Positions 42,079-51,419 are shown, counted from the stretch's first letter. The stretch is DNA of 64,000 nt from Nitrososphaeria archaeon (GCA_963752255.1 CAVVXT010000019.1:448001-512000); one strand, 5' to 3'. Translations and numbers: made by a program. The notes: generated by a model not told the origin, from the letters alone.

Positions 42079-42113
42079 CCCAATGGGATTTGAACCCATT
42101 TTGGTTTAAGTCC
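42075..42113 (-). repeat. att-like site 2: tRNA 3' fragment (T-arm plus acceptor strand, Ile/Val-like) fused to an 11-6-11 inverted repeat
   Basis: Minus strand ATGGG-TTCAAAT-CCCAT-TGGGCCC-A at 42099-42075. Plus strand GGATTTGAACC-CATTTT-GGTTTAAGTCC at 42086-42113. No 5' tRNA half. Confidence 0.75.
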
Positions 42114-42281
42114 CTTAATTAAGTATTGATTTTTACTTTATGTGGTATATTATTTAACGATAATTGTCTTTCTCTCAATCTCCTGTCGTTAACTAACTGA
42201 AAGAGCGCACATATTCTTTTAAGGCAGAACAGAATATGTAACTTTTTAAAGTAGAACAGAAGAAGAAACTTACTGATTAAC

Positions 42282-43277
42282 ATGAAATACGTCAGATTAG
42301 GCTGGTCAGGATTAAAGGTGTCTCCGATAGCAATCGGATGCATGTCGTTCGGAAACCTTGAACCGTGGATGATCGAAAAAGAGGAGGCACGAAAGGTTGT
42401 GAACAAAGCACTGGACTTGGGCGTCAACTTCTTTGATACCGCAAACCTCTACTCCTTAGGCAGGTCAGAGGAGATTGTAGGAGAGCTTCTAAAAGACGTC
42501 CGAGAAGATGTGATAATCGCTACAAAGGTCAACAGCAAGATGGGAGAAAAGCCGAACCAGAGAGGTCTCTCAAGAAAGCACATAATGTGGCAGGTTAAGG
42601 AGTCCCTAAGAAGGCTTGGAACAGGCTACATCGACCTCTACCAGATTCACAGGTGGGACTACGAAACGCTAATAGAGGATACGCTGTCAACGTTGAACGA
42701 CCTTGTAAGAGGTGGAGTAGTTAGATATATTGGAGCGTCCAGTATGTGGGCTTGGCAGTTTTCGAAGGCGCTGTACACAAGTGAAATCAAGGGCTTCGAG
42801 AAGTTTACGAGTATGCAGAACAAGTGGAACCTGCTCTACAGGGAGGAGGAGAGGGAGATGGTTCCTCTTTGCAAAGAACAGAACATTGGAATAATACCAT
42901 ACAACCCTGTTGCAGCCGGCCTGCTGTCTGCTCGTCATATGAAAGAAGGAAAGATTGAGATTGGTAGCAACGATATGATGAGGCTTCAACCAGACTATAG
43001 GCTTGCCCCAATCTATGGAAAGCTTTACGTTGACCCCCCTGAAAACGCTGAAATCGTTAGAAGGGTTGCGGAGGTAGCACAGGGCAAGGGTGTGAAACCG
43101 ACTCAGATCGCGTTAGCGTGGCTGTTTCATAAAGGTGCTACAGCACCCATCATAGGAACCACGAAGCCTGAGCACGTGCAGGAGGCGGTTGAATCGATAG
43201 AAATAGGTTTATCCGAAAAAGAAGTCGCGTATATAGAAGAACCATACTTGCCGAAGCCCGTCAATGGACACAAATGA
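42282..43277 (+). CDS. Aldo/keto reductase (aryl-alcohol dehydrogenase-like)
   Basis: LG.SGLKVS, FFDTANLYS.G.SE, ATKV, IDLYQIHRWD, YIGASSM. Confidence 0.93.
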   Translation: MKYVRLGWSGLKVSPIAIGCMSFGNLEPWMIEKEEARKVVNKALDLGVNFFDTANLYSLGRSEEIVGELLKDVREDVIIATKVNSKMGEKPNQRGLSRKHIMWQVKESLRRLGTGYIDLYQIHRWDYETLIEDTLSTLNDLVRGGVVRYIGASSMWAWQFSKALYTSEIKGFEKFTSMQNKWNLLYREEEREMVPLCKEQNIGIIPYNPVAAGLLSARHMKEGKIEIGSNDMMRLQPDYRLAPIYGKLYVDPPENAEIVRRVAEVAQGKGVKPTQIALAWLFHKGATAPIIGTTKPEHVQEAVESIEIGLSEKEVAYIEEPYLPKPVNGHK

Positions 43278-43349
43278 TAAACTTCAGCTGTCAAGACGGA
43301 AGGTCTCATATTCATGTTAAGCGTGTTGCAAGTTTAGTGTACACTTAAA

Positions 43350-43376
43350 GTACCTATCCCGTTTGGGTTTAAGTCC
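43350..43376. repeat. att-like site 3 (degenerate)
   Basis: GTACCTATCCC-GTTTG-GGTTTAAGTCC: identical right arm, left arm 8/11 identical to site 1, 5-nt spacer. Confidence 0.45.
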
Positions 43377-43379
43377 CCT

Positions 43380-43677
43380 CTTATTGATGTTGGTTGGTCT
43401 ATAGTATTGTAACTGTTTTAGAGATTTCCTCATATATAGAGTGAACTGTAACTTCGTGGCTAACTTTTGAAGTCAATGGGGTGCCCGTTATGAAGCTTTC
43501 AATGTCTTACTTATCACAGTTGTTCTTGCCTATGTAGGTATTAGTGTTCTAATTCCTTTGAGCAATGTATTTGTACCCCTCATAGGTGGTTATAGTATAG
43601 AAATTTTTGCCACAGCTGTCTCAGCTATAGTTCCCCATTTGGAAGACCATATAAAACAATATCTTAAAATTTGTTAA
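43380..43677 (+). pseudogene. Degraded small membrane-protein gene remnant
   Basis: Hydrophobic frame YEAFNVLLITVVLAYVGISVLIP...KQYLKIC* preceded by in-frame stops; begins right after site 3. Confidence 0.3.
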
Positions 43678-43825
43678 ACCAAATACTCCTCTTGACTTAC
43701 ATTAACAGATACAGGATTCATTCTTTTCGAAGAATAATATAAAGATTGAACTAATAAAAACTTCATTAGACTAATGCTAAAATATCATAACAAATGTTTA
43801 TTATAAAAAGGTCTTTTGCCTTATT

Positions 43826-44338
43826 TTACCTTATCCCAGTATCTATGGAAATATCTAGACCAGTCGTCTCGTCCACCAAAACGCTTACATTTTTTGGAAA
43901 AACACGGTTACAGCCGATCCATTGACAAGAAGGCTTCAGGGTCACAGCATAGGTTCCTGCCTCCAGCTTAATAGAAAAGTTTCCGCTGGCAGAAAGAGGA
44001 GCATAAAAATAGTCTACACTATTTCCAGTGAACGCTAGGCTGTAGCCTGTCAGATTTTGAACCTTATTGCAGGGTTCTGTTGGGCACAGGGGGCCGATAG
44101 TAACTTGTCCTCGGACTGTTCCATAGCTGCCTGTCGTGGTTGGGGTCGTTGTGGAAGTGCTTGTCTGGGTGGTTGTTGAAGTACTCGTGGGTAAAGTGCT
44201 TGTTGTAGTTGTGTTTGTCATGGTTGGTAGAACCAATGCGTTAGCTATCACAATCACCGTCAGAGTAATAACTGCAGCGAGGATTATTGTAATATACGAA
44301 ACTCTCCTGCTGTTTACATTAGAATCGTTAAAGTTCAT
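43826..44338 (-). CDS. Membrane-anchored Thr-rich protein with carboxypeptidase-regulatory-like beta domain
   Basis: N-terminal TM, Thr/Ser linker, GQVTIGPLCP..GNFSIKLEAGTY..IDTGIR. Confidence 0.7.
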   Translation of the reverse strand: MNFNDSNVNSRRVSYITIILAAVITLTVIVIANALVLPTMTNTTTTSTLPTSTSTTTQTSTSTTTPTTTGSYGTVRGQVTIGPLCPTEPCNKVQNLTGYSLAFTGNSVDYFYAPLSASGNFSIKLEAGTYAVTLKPSCQWIGCNRVFPKNVSVLVDETTGLDISIDTGIR

Positions 44339-44355
44339 CGTATCACCACACTCGG

Positions 44356-44988
44356 TCAGCCTGTTCTTGTGAGAACCGTTATAACATATGTTCCTGAGGG
44401 AAGAGGGGAACTGAAGTTTAGGACGATGACCTGTGAACCACCTGACGCTATTGTAATAGGAAGACTTGGGTTTGATATCCCTCCATTAACGCTTGACAGT
44501 GGATTTCCGTTTACTAATATATCTGTTAAGGTCTCGTCTACGTTTCCCACGTTTAAAGCGGTTATCGTTATCTTAGTTGAGTTGATAGCGTTTACATCAG
44601 TAATTTGAATCTGTTCTGTTATCACAGTTGTAGTTGATATGATCTGTCCCACGGTTACAGTCGCTGAGGCCTCCGTTTCAGTCATAGTTATCGTAACAGT
44701 GGTTCCGACTGGAGAGTTAGTAACTATGGTAGTAGAAGACCCGGTAAAAGTCGTGGTACCAGATTGTACAGAGGTGGTTCCACTCGAAGTCTTGGGAGAC
44801 CCAGATGTAATGTAACTTGTGGAGGCGGCTATTGCTGTGGTCGTAAATGCAGTTGGGTTGGCAGTGGACGGGAACGCGCCTCGGGTGGGTTGCAGTGGGA
44901 AAAGGTAGCTTGCTGAACCAGCAAGAACTAGCGCGATTATGACAGCTATCAAAGAACCAGCAACAATCTGCTTCCTATATTCTGACAT
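44356..44988 (-). CDS. Membrane-anchored Thr-rich surface protein with pilin/Ig-like C-terminal domain
   Basis: N-terminal TM, long S/T linker, EQIQITDV..NVGNVD..I.VNG..GTYVITVLT. Confidence 0.65.
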   Translation of the reverse strand: MSEYRKQIVAGSLIAVIIALVLAGSASYLFPLQPTRGAFPSTANPTAFTTTAIAASTSYITSGSPKTSSGTTSVQSGTTTFTGSSTTIVTNSPVGTTVTITMTETEASATVTVGQIISTTTVITEQIQITDVNAINSTKITITALNVGNVDETLTDILVNGNPLSSVNGGISNPSLPITIASGGSQVIVLNFSSPLPSGTYVITVLTRTG

Positions 44989-45143
44989 ACGCTTTCTACA
45001 CCTTTAGATAGAGGAGGCCATAGATATAGTACTAATTTTAGAATAGTAGAATCGGTTGCATTCTAACTTTGATTTGGATTATCGTGAGGTCAAAATTTTA
45101 GGAGATAGAATTATTTTTAACAAATAGATGTGGAATTTGCTAT

Positions 45144-46304
45144 TTAAAATATCGGCTTAAACATGTCATCTTTTCCGCTCTCTAGTGCAAAGTATGCAAG
45201 ATACGGTACGGCTATCCCCGTAATCTGTGTAAGAGTGGTGTTTGGAAGGTAGTCTACTGTGAAACCTAACCCATCAGATGTTAGAGGAGAAATGTTTGTG
45301 AGGTTGTTGTTTTGACTATCGTGCATTATAGTCACGTAGTACGGGAAACTTCCTATCGCTCCAACTTTGTTGCCAACTATGGCAGTGGCGTTCGAAAACG
45401 ATGCGCTCCCAAAGTTGGTCAGATTACTCAGCTGATTGCCGAATGTAGGTCTCTCGACAATCCATTCAGCTGAAAGCATACTTGATCGATAGAAGACGTT
45501 CTGATGAAACGCCTGTGTTGTAGTTGTATCATTCAGGTTTATTAGCCATAGATCCCTTGTTGGATCAACTAAGGTTATTGAAGCGACAATCTTATCCCCT
45601 GGCGAGACATTGAAATTCATTATGGTCCTTGAATACATTGGTAACAATTCGAACCAAGCGAAATATTGAGCTTGTCCGTTTACAGAGTCCTGTTCGGTAC
45701 CACATTGGATCAACGTTCTATCAGTAAAACCGCCGATACCTATCCATAAGGCGCTGTAGTAAGAGAGAGTATTATTCTGTGAAATTGACACGCTTGGAAC
45801 TATCCATGAACCGTTCACACCTGTTATAACGGATTGAGGGTTTTGATAATCTGAGACAACAACATAGCCTGCCCAATCTAAGCTTAAAACTTCATTTCCA
45901 GTAATGTTTGGGGATATTGTAGTTGTAGGCGTTACTGTAGTCGTTATTGTAGTTGTTACCAAAGAAGTTGTAGTAGTTACTGAGGTGGTTGTAACAGTTG
46001 AGGTAGCTGTAGCAGTGGACGTTGTCGGTGTTATAGTAGTTGTTGAAGTAACTGTCGCAGTAGTTGTAGTGAGATATGGTACCGTAGTTGTCTCAGTTGA
46101 TGTTGTAGTAGAAGTTGCAGTTACAGTTTTGGCCCCAACTAATCCAATAAACATGACGATGCTAACTCCCGTTATGACAATAATAACAGCTACAGCTATT
46201 GCGACAAACTTTACCGAAATTGCTCTCAATTTATTTTCCGCCGAAGATTTCAAAAGCCTACTAATAAATATTTTAAAAAGCATATTAAAAATATTGAAAA
46301 GCAT
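45144..46304 (-). CDS. Membrane-anchored family G1 glutamic peptidase with Thr-rich linker
   Basis: SLDWAGY, W.VP, WIGIGG, LIQCGT (catalytic Gln), AWFE, SAEWIVERP (catalytic Glu). Confidence 0.88.
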   Translation of the reverse strand: MLFNIFNMLFKIFISRLLKSSAENKLRAISVKFVAIAVAVIIVITGVSIVMFIGLVGAKTVTATSTTTSTETTTVPYLTTTTATVTSTTTITPTTSTATATSTVTTTSVTTTTSLVTTTITTTVTPTTTISPNITGNEVLSLDWAGYVVVSDYQNPQSVITGVNGSWIVPSVSISQNNTLSYYSALWIGIGGFTDRTLIQCGTEQDSVNGQAQYFAWFELLPMYSRTIMNFNVSPGDKIVASITLVDPTRDLWLINLNDTTTTQAFHQNVFYRSSMLSAEWIVERPTFGNQLSNLTNFGSASFSNATAIVGNKVGAIGSFPYYVTIMHDSQNNNLTNISPLTSDGLGFTVDYLPNTTLTQITGIAVPYLAYFALESGKDDMFKPIF

Positions 46305-46489
46305 AGAGAAAAGGTTCCCACAGGTCTTCCAACTTCGTTTGACAGATATGAGACACCATTTGCTATCTGAGTAGACTCCAGCCTACGGTTTACCATGATT
46401 TCGATGATTTCAGTTGAATAGATTTGCTTCTAAACCTAAACAATGGATATATATCGTGAGTATATGATAATTAAGGAAGGCGCATCACG

Positions 46490-47608
46490 ATGAACCAGAG
46501 AGAAAGAGTACTCACGTTATTGAATGGGGGTATGCCCGATAGGATACCGTTTGCGCATTGTGACAGGCATCTTCCTCGAGGGGAAAAAGAAAGAAAAGCA
46601 AGAAACATGGGCATGGCACTTCTAATCTACAGACCATGCTACAACGAATCCATATCAGATGTCGAGATTACAACAAAAAACGAACCCGGCTCAATCGTTA
46701 CAACATATAGGACACCCATAGGCAGTCTAACTGAAGTGATAAGAGTAGGTGCCGGCTACGGCCAAGCACTGTTTGGCAGGGATTGGAGGGGAATGCAGCC
46801 TATAAGGACACAGTATCTTGTGAAGAAACCTGAGGATTATAAAATTCTCAAGTTTATAATAGAACACACCAAATACGAGCCCTACTATTATCCTGTAGAA
46901 GATCAGCTTCAAAGGATAGGAGACGACGGCATAGTTATAACGACGATACCCTATGAGCCGATGCAGAGACTTCTCATAACATGGGTTGGATCAAGATTGT
47001 ATCTTGACCTCTTAAAAAATAGGGAGGAAGTCGAAGAAGTATGCAACGCTCTTGAACAGAAATATGAGGATGAGCTCTTTCCAATATCCGCGGACTCACC
47101 CTCCGAAGTAATAGCTTACGGGGGAAACATAGACAGTGTGCTAGTGAATCCGCAGATGTTTGAGAGATACTATCTGCCAACCTACGAGAAGTGTTGGAGG
47201 ACACTCCATTCTAAGGGTAAACTTTTGAACGTCCACATGGACGGAAAACTTAAAGCGCTTACAGGACTTGTCGCCAAATCCAAAGTGGATATCGTGGAGG
47301 CTGTTACTCCACCGCCGATGGGAGACCTGCCTCTGGACACGGCGTTATCGCTCTGGAAGGATAAGATCATTTGGATAAATTTCCCTTCAGCGATTTCAAC
47401 AGCTCTTGGACCAAGACCTTCCAAAGTAAAGGAGTATCTTTTGGAACAGTTAGAGAAGACCATTCCATCGGAAAGGATAATGCTTATCGCGTCAACAGAA
47501 AATTTTGTCCCCGAGGACAATATTATAGCAATGGCTGAAGTAATGGAGCAGGCTACGCTACCGTTGACGACTGGAACCATAGAAAGAATACGGGGTAATA
47601 GAACGTAG
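46490..47608 (+). CDS. Uroporphyrinogen decarboxylase superfamily protein (MtaA/CmuA-like)
   Basis: MNQRERVL..L.G..PDRIP, TPIGSL, PQMFERYYLP.Y, HMDG, TPPPMGD. Confidence 0.75.
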   Translation: MNQRERVLTLLNGGMPDRIPFAHCDRHLPRGEKERKARNMGMALLIYRPCYNESISDVEITTKNEPGSIVTTYRTPIGSLTEVIRVGAGYGQALFGRDWRGMQPIRTQYLVKKPEDYKILKFIIEHTKYEPYYYPVEDQLQRIGDDGIVITTIPYEPMQRLLITWVGSRLYLDLLKNREEVEEVCNALEQKYEDELFPISADSPSEVIAYGGNIDSVLVNPQMFERYYLPTYEKCWRTLHSKGKLLNVHMDGKLKALTGLVAKSKVDIVEAVTPPPMGDLPLDTALSLWKDKIIWINFPSAISTALGPRPSKVKEYLLEQLEKTIPSERIMLIASTENFVPEDNIIAMAEVMEQATLPLTTGTIERIRGNRT

Positions 47609-47636
47609 AGAGGAAATAATTTAGTGCAGTTCTATA

Positions 47637-48614
47637 TCAATATGGTAAAGCTACGCCGATTTTATTCTTCAGTGCTTTATCGTAGACCGCTTTAGAAACC
47701 GCCAGGTCAACAAGCGCTAGGCCCAAGTTCACTACAGTTATTCGCTCATTTTCATTCTTGCGCCCCTGCTTTACGCCAGCAATAAGCTCACAGAGTTCAC
47801 CATCAACCCTTTCAACAGACTGGAAGTGCCCTATTGTCTTGTAGTACTCGAACTGTTTTAAGTCATCGGTGTAAAGCCTATCAGGTTTGCGGAAGGTGTC
47901 TGAATCCCAGTAGCTATCAAATTCGATAGGACAGATGAGCGCACCTCTCTTCACCCAGCTGAGCTTGGCCACAGGATTAGGCTTCTTCGATATCGGTGTT
48001 GCAGTTACTATAATGTCCGAATCTTCCACAACCTCTCTGGGGCCTGCTGCCTTTATGACTTCGACGTTAAAATTTCTCTTAGCATATTCTACATACTGCT
48101 CTAGCTTCTCCTCTGAAGAGTCGAATGCTTTAGCATTTTTTATACTCTTGAACTCAGAGCACAAAGCTTCCAGGTGACTTTTTCCCTGAACGCCACACCC
48201 CACTATACCTATTACTTCTGGGTTCTCTCGTGCAAGATACTTCGCAGAAAGTGCGGTTACGGCACCTGTTCTCTTTGCAGTCACCCATGAGGCGTCCATT
48301 ATACAGACAGGCAGACCAGTACCTGGGTCATTTAATATAATCAACCCTGATATATACGGGAGATTCTTTGAAGGATTTTGTGGGTATCCGGCTATCCACT
48401 TTATGCCTGCGGCATCGATCTTCGGTATGTAGGCTGGCATGGCGTGGATGAAGGCATCTTCTATTGGATGAATGCCCGGTTTTGGCGGCATTTCAACCCT
48501 TTCGTGGTATTTTTCCTCGAACACGTCCTTGACAGTTGATATCATCTCTTTGAAATCCAACCCAGCAGCTTGAACATCCCCTTTAGATAGATAGAGTATT
48601 CCCTTTCCGAGCAT
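47637..48614 (-). CDS. Ornithine cyclodeaminase / mu-crystallin family (alanine dehydrogenase-like)
   Basis: HAMPA, KW..GYP.N, TA.RTGA, GCGVQG, GLA..D. Confidence 0.9.
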   Translation of the reverse strand: MLGKGILYLSKGDVQAAGLDFKEMISTVKDVFEEKYHERVEMPPKPGIHPIEDAFIHAMPAYIPKIDAAGIKWIAGYPQNPSKNLPYISGLIILNDPGTGLPVCIMDASWVTAKRTGAVTALSAKYLARENPEVIGIVGCGVQGKSHLEALCSEFKSIKNAKAFDSSEEKLEQYVEYAKRNFNVEVIKAAGPREVVEDSDIIVTATPISKKPNPVAKLSWVKRGALICPIEFDSYWDSDTFRKPDRLYTDDLKQFEYYKTIGHFQSVERVDGELCELIAGVKQGRKNENERITVVNLGLALVDLAVSKAVYDKALKNKIGVALPY

Positions 48615-48710
48615 TGCAGAAACTTTCAGATGAGTTGACTTAAGCTTTTCTAAAGCAATTTACTATAGAATGAAGACTACGTGAAAAATGCAAGACGATG
48701 GCAGGTTTAT

Positions 48711-49733
48711 TCAGACGCACAGCTTGAACTTTTTCGTGGCAAGTTCTACAGCCAACTTTATTGCCTCTAGGGTTGCTGTTTCATTGCCTGTGCCCTTTCC
48801 AGCTTTACCCCAGACCGTACCGTGGTCTGGTGAAGTTCTTATTATAGGCAGACCAAGGCTAAGGTTAACCCCTTCCATGAAACCGACCATCTTCATCGCT
48901 ATATGCCCTTGGTCGTGGTACATCGCTATTACAACATCGAATTGCTTGACGAAATATGCACGATAGAAGATCGTGTCAGGAGGGTATGGCCCTGTAACGT
49001 TTATGCCTTTGGCGGCTGCTTCTTTGATTGCGGGAGAGATCTCGTTTATTTCTTCGTCGCCGAAAAGACCGTTTTCCCCTGCGTGCGGATTTAAACCGGC
49101 GACAGCTATCCTTGCTTGAGGAGTCCCAAATAATTCAACTAAACTTCGCTGCGTCAACTCTAGAGTTTTCAGCACCCTCTCCTTCTTTATAAGATCTATA
49201 GCTTCGCGCATAGAAACATGTGTGGTTACATGAACTACTTTGAACGGCCCAGCAACCAGCATCATCTTAACATCTTTAGCACCCGTCAGGTCTGCCAAGA
49301 GCTCGGTGTGTCCAGGATAATTGTACCCAGCCGAGTTCAAGCTATCCTTGCTTATTGGAGCGGTAACCACCGCATGCACATCATTTGAGAGTGCATAGCG
49401 CACTGCCTGAACTATAGCATCGTAGGCCGACTTTCCTCCCAGTGAGGAGGATTTTCCGTAGACAAGTGCTGCCATGTCAACGTCATTAAGGTCGATGACG
49501 TTAACGGTCTGGGGTGCGTCTAAAGCTTCCGAGGGAGAAGATATCTTAACGAATTTCAGTTCCTTTGCTCCGATGGTCTCCGAAGCCTTTCTGAACACCT
49601 GGAGATCGCCTACTAGAACGTATCTGGCGTTTTGTGGAAGACTCTTGTTTTTCAAAGCCTTTAAGGTTATTTCAGGTCCGGATCCTGCTGGGTCACCCAT
49701 AGTTATTGCTATTAAGGGCTTGCTCGAATCCAA
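48711..49733 (-). CDS. pdxA: PdxA family dehydrogenase (PdxA2, D-threonate/erythronate 4-phosphate dehydrogenase by context)
   Basis: MGDPAG.GPE, GHTE, LNPHAGE, YHDQG, RTSPDHGT; directly follows the DUF1537 kinase. Confidence 0.92.
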   Translation of the reverse strand: MDSSKPLIAITMGDPAGSGPEITLKALKNKSLPQNARYVLVGDLQVFRKASETIGAKELKFVKISSPSEALDAPQTVNVIDLNDVDMAALVYGKSSSLGGKSAYDAIVQAVRYALSNDVHAVVTAPISKDSLNSAGYNYPGHTELLADLTGAKDVKMMLVAGPFKVVHVTTHVSMREAIDLIKKERVLKTLELTQRSLVELFGTPQARIAVAGLNPHAGENGLFGDEEINEISPAIKEAAAKGINVTGPYPPDTIFYRAYFVKQFDVVIAMYHDQGHIAMKMVGFMEGVNLSLGLPIIRTSPDHGTVWGKAGKGTGNETATLEAIKLAVELATKKFKLCV

Positions 49734-51005
49734 CTACATTCGCCTCATAACCTTCAACCTCGCCGCTATTTTAATAAGGGTTCCCTTGTTCCCGAAGCCG
49801 CCTGCTTTAGTTACAATATATTTTCCATTGTAGTTGAGAACCGGAAGACCGGGCTCGATTTCTCCCTTCAATTCCAACGCGTCAATGTTCAAGCTGCGTA
49901 TTACTGATACAGCGACGTCACCTCCTGTGATAAAAAGACCGCAAAATTGGCTCCATCCGAAACCTATAATGATAGCTGAAACAAGATTGCCGAATTTTTC
50001 AGCCAAAACAAGCCCAAAGTCAGACATGCTAACGCCCAATTTTTTTGCCATAGCTTCACCCTCAGAAATCTGAGAGGGACTGTAGGATATTGTTACAACT
50101 ATATCAGATAAGGAAGCTAATGCATCCGCCACTTCCTTCTTAACCCTCCTGCATTCGGATTCAAAATCGTTAACCAAGACGTCTATCTTTACAAGCACAA
50201 GCTTTGATGGAAACTCTTGAGTAAAGGTCTTGACCTGATCTTTGGCCAGATCATTAGGGGAGCCGACTGCCATCAGCACAGGCTTTCCCTTACGATTTCC
50301 TATGATAACGTTGTAGGCAATACTTTCAGCTAATCCAGCTGAACCCACCCATATTATGTTCCCTTTATCTGATTCATATACCTCTTGAACTATGATCTTC
50401 AAGTCTTCATCGTTTTCAGCATCGGAAGAAATCACTCTACTGCTAGATATGAGTTCTCTGATTCTTCCGCTTCTCAATTCCTTTAACGATATATGGTGGT
50501 AGACTTCTTTGAATGCAACATTAAAGTAATCAGGGATACTAGAAGATTTGACAGGCGTCCTAATGTCTTTACCAAAATAGGTTTGGTTAACAGGAATGCC
50601 TTTAACCATGAGAATACCATTTCTAATGATACGCTCCTGTTTAGGAAAAGCAGGCGCAAAAACTACGAGATCAGGTTCGAGGGCATCGTATAGCCCCCTT
50701 ATTTCTGGAACTATGTTTCCCCTCATAGTTGAGTCGATCTTCTTATAGACGAGTGTGTTGCCGAAACCTTTTCTTATTCTAATTCCCAATGATTGCAGCT
50801 TATCTTTAGCTTTTTGGACGTCGAGAGCTCTACTTTCGGTATCAACTGCAACGACATCATATTTCTTCATCAGAATCGGAACGGTATCAATATCCAACGT
50901 TGTTATTGTCGAAAAGCCGAGCTTGGCAAACTGAGCGGTTGTATCATTAGCGCCAGTAAAATCATCAGCGACTATTAGGACTGATCTGAATATCTTTAAA
51001 GTCAT
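49734..51005 (-). CDS. Four-carbon acid sugar kinase (DUF1537 / DtnK-DenK family)
   Basis: ADDFTGAND, YKKIDSTMRGN, PAFP, TGGDVA, TKAGGFG. Confidence 0.9.
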   Translation of the reverse strand: MTLKIFRSVLIVADDFTGANDTTAQFAKLGFSTITTLDIDTVPILMKKYDVVAVDTESRALDVQKAKDKLQSLGIRIRKGFGNTLVYKKIDSTMRGNIVPEIRGLYDALEPDLVVFAPAFPKQERIIRNGILMVKGIPVNQTYFGKDIRTPVKSSSIPDYFNVAFKEVYHHISLKELRSGRIRELISSSRVISSDAENDEDLKIIVQEVYESDKGNIIWVGSAGLAESIAYNVIIGNRKGKPVLMAVGSPNDLAKDQVKTFTQEFPSKLVLVKIDVLVNDFESECRRVKKEVADALASLSDIVVTISYSPSQISEGEAMAKKLGVSMSDFGLVLAEKFGNLVSAIIIGFGWSQFCGLFITGGDVAVSVIRSLNIDALELKGEIEPGLPVLNYNGKYIVTKAGGFGNKGTLIKIAARLKVMRRM

Positions 51006-51419
51006 ATGTTACACCATTATTACAGCTTTCCATGCTCTAAACAGGAATAAATAAATTTAACGTGAACAGTTATCAAACCTGTCAAGACCAATTATGATTA
51101 ACGGCCCACGAACTACCCTAAAAAGAATAGAAACTAAAGACTATAGGGAAACTATGTTACATCTTATTAGATTCTTCTCCACATATAATGTAGATAAGAT
51201 TTTCATCTAAAGGCGCAACGATATCTGTTTACAATGATGTAAAAGTAATTTACAAGGATTACGAAGTCTGACTTAATATATAACACAAACAATATTGATT
51301 TGGTAATCCAAGTTACGATGGTTAAATTTATGATTTAACTCAAAAAAAAACTTTAGCCAATATTTTTAAAAGGGTTATGGTCGGAAAGCAAAGGATATAT
51401 TGACTAATTAATCTTTAAC

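Noticed and set aside
42075-42099. Complete tRNA gene
   Set aside because: Only the T-arm and 3' acceptor strand are present; the flanking sequence gives no D or anticodon arm. Reported as an att-like fragment.
45087-45099. AGGTCAAAATTTT matching the inner part of the element's TIR
   Set aside because: Short AT-rich match with no GGGG/CCCC terminus and no TSD; probably chance.
45904-46374. Val-rich plus-strand ORF (and similar ones at 2841, 44136, 44369)
   Set aside because: Antisense shadows of Thr-rich linkers in real minus-strand genes.
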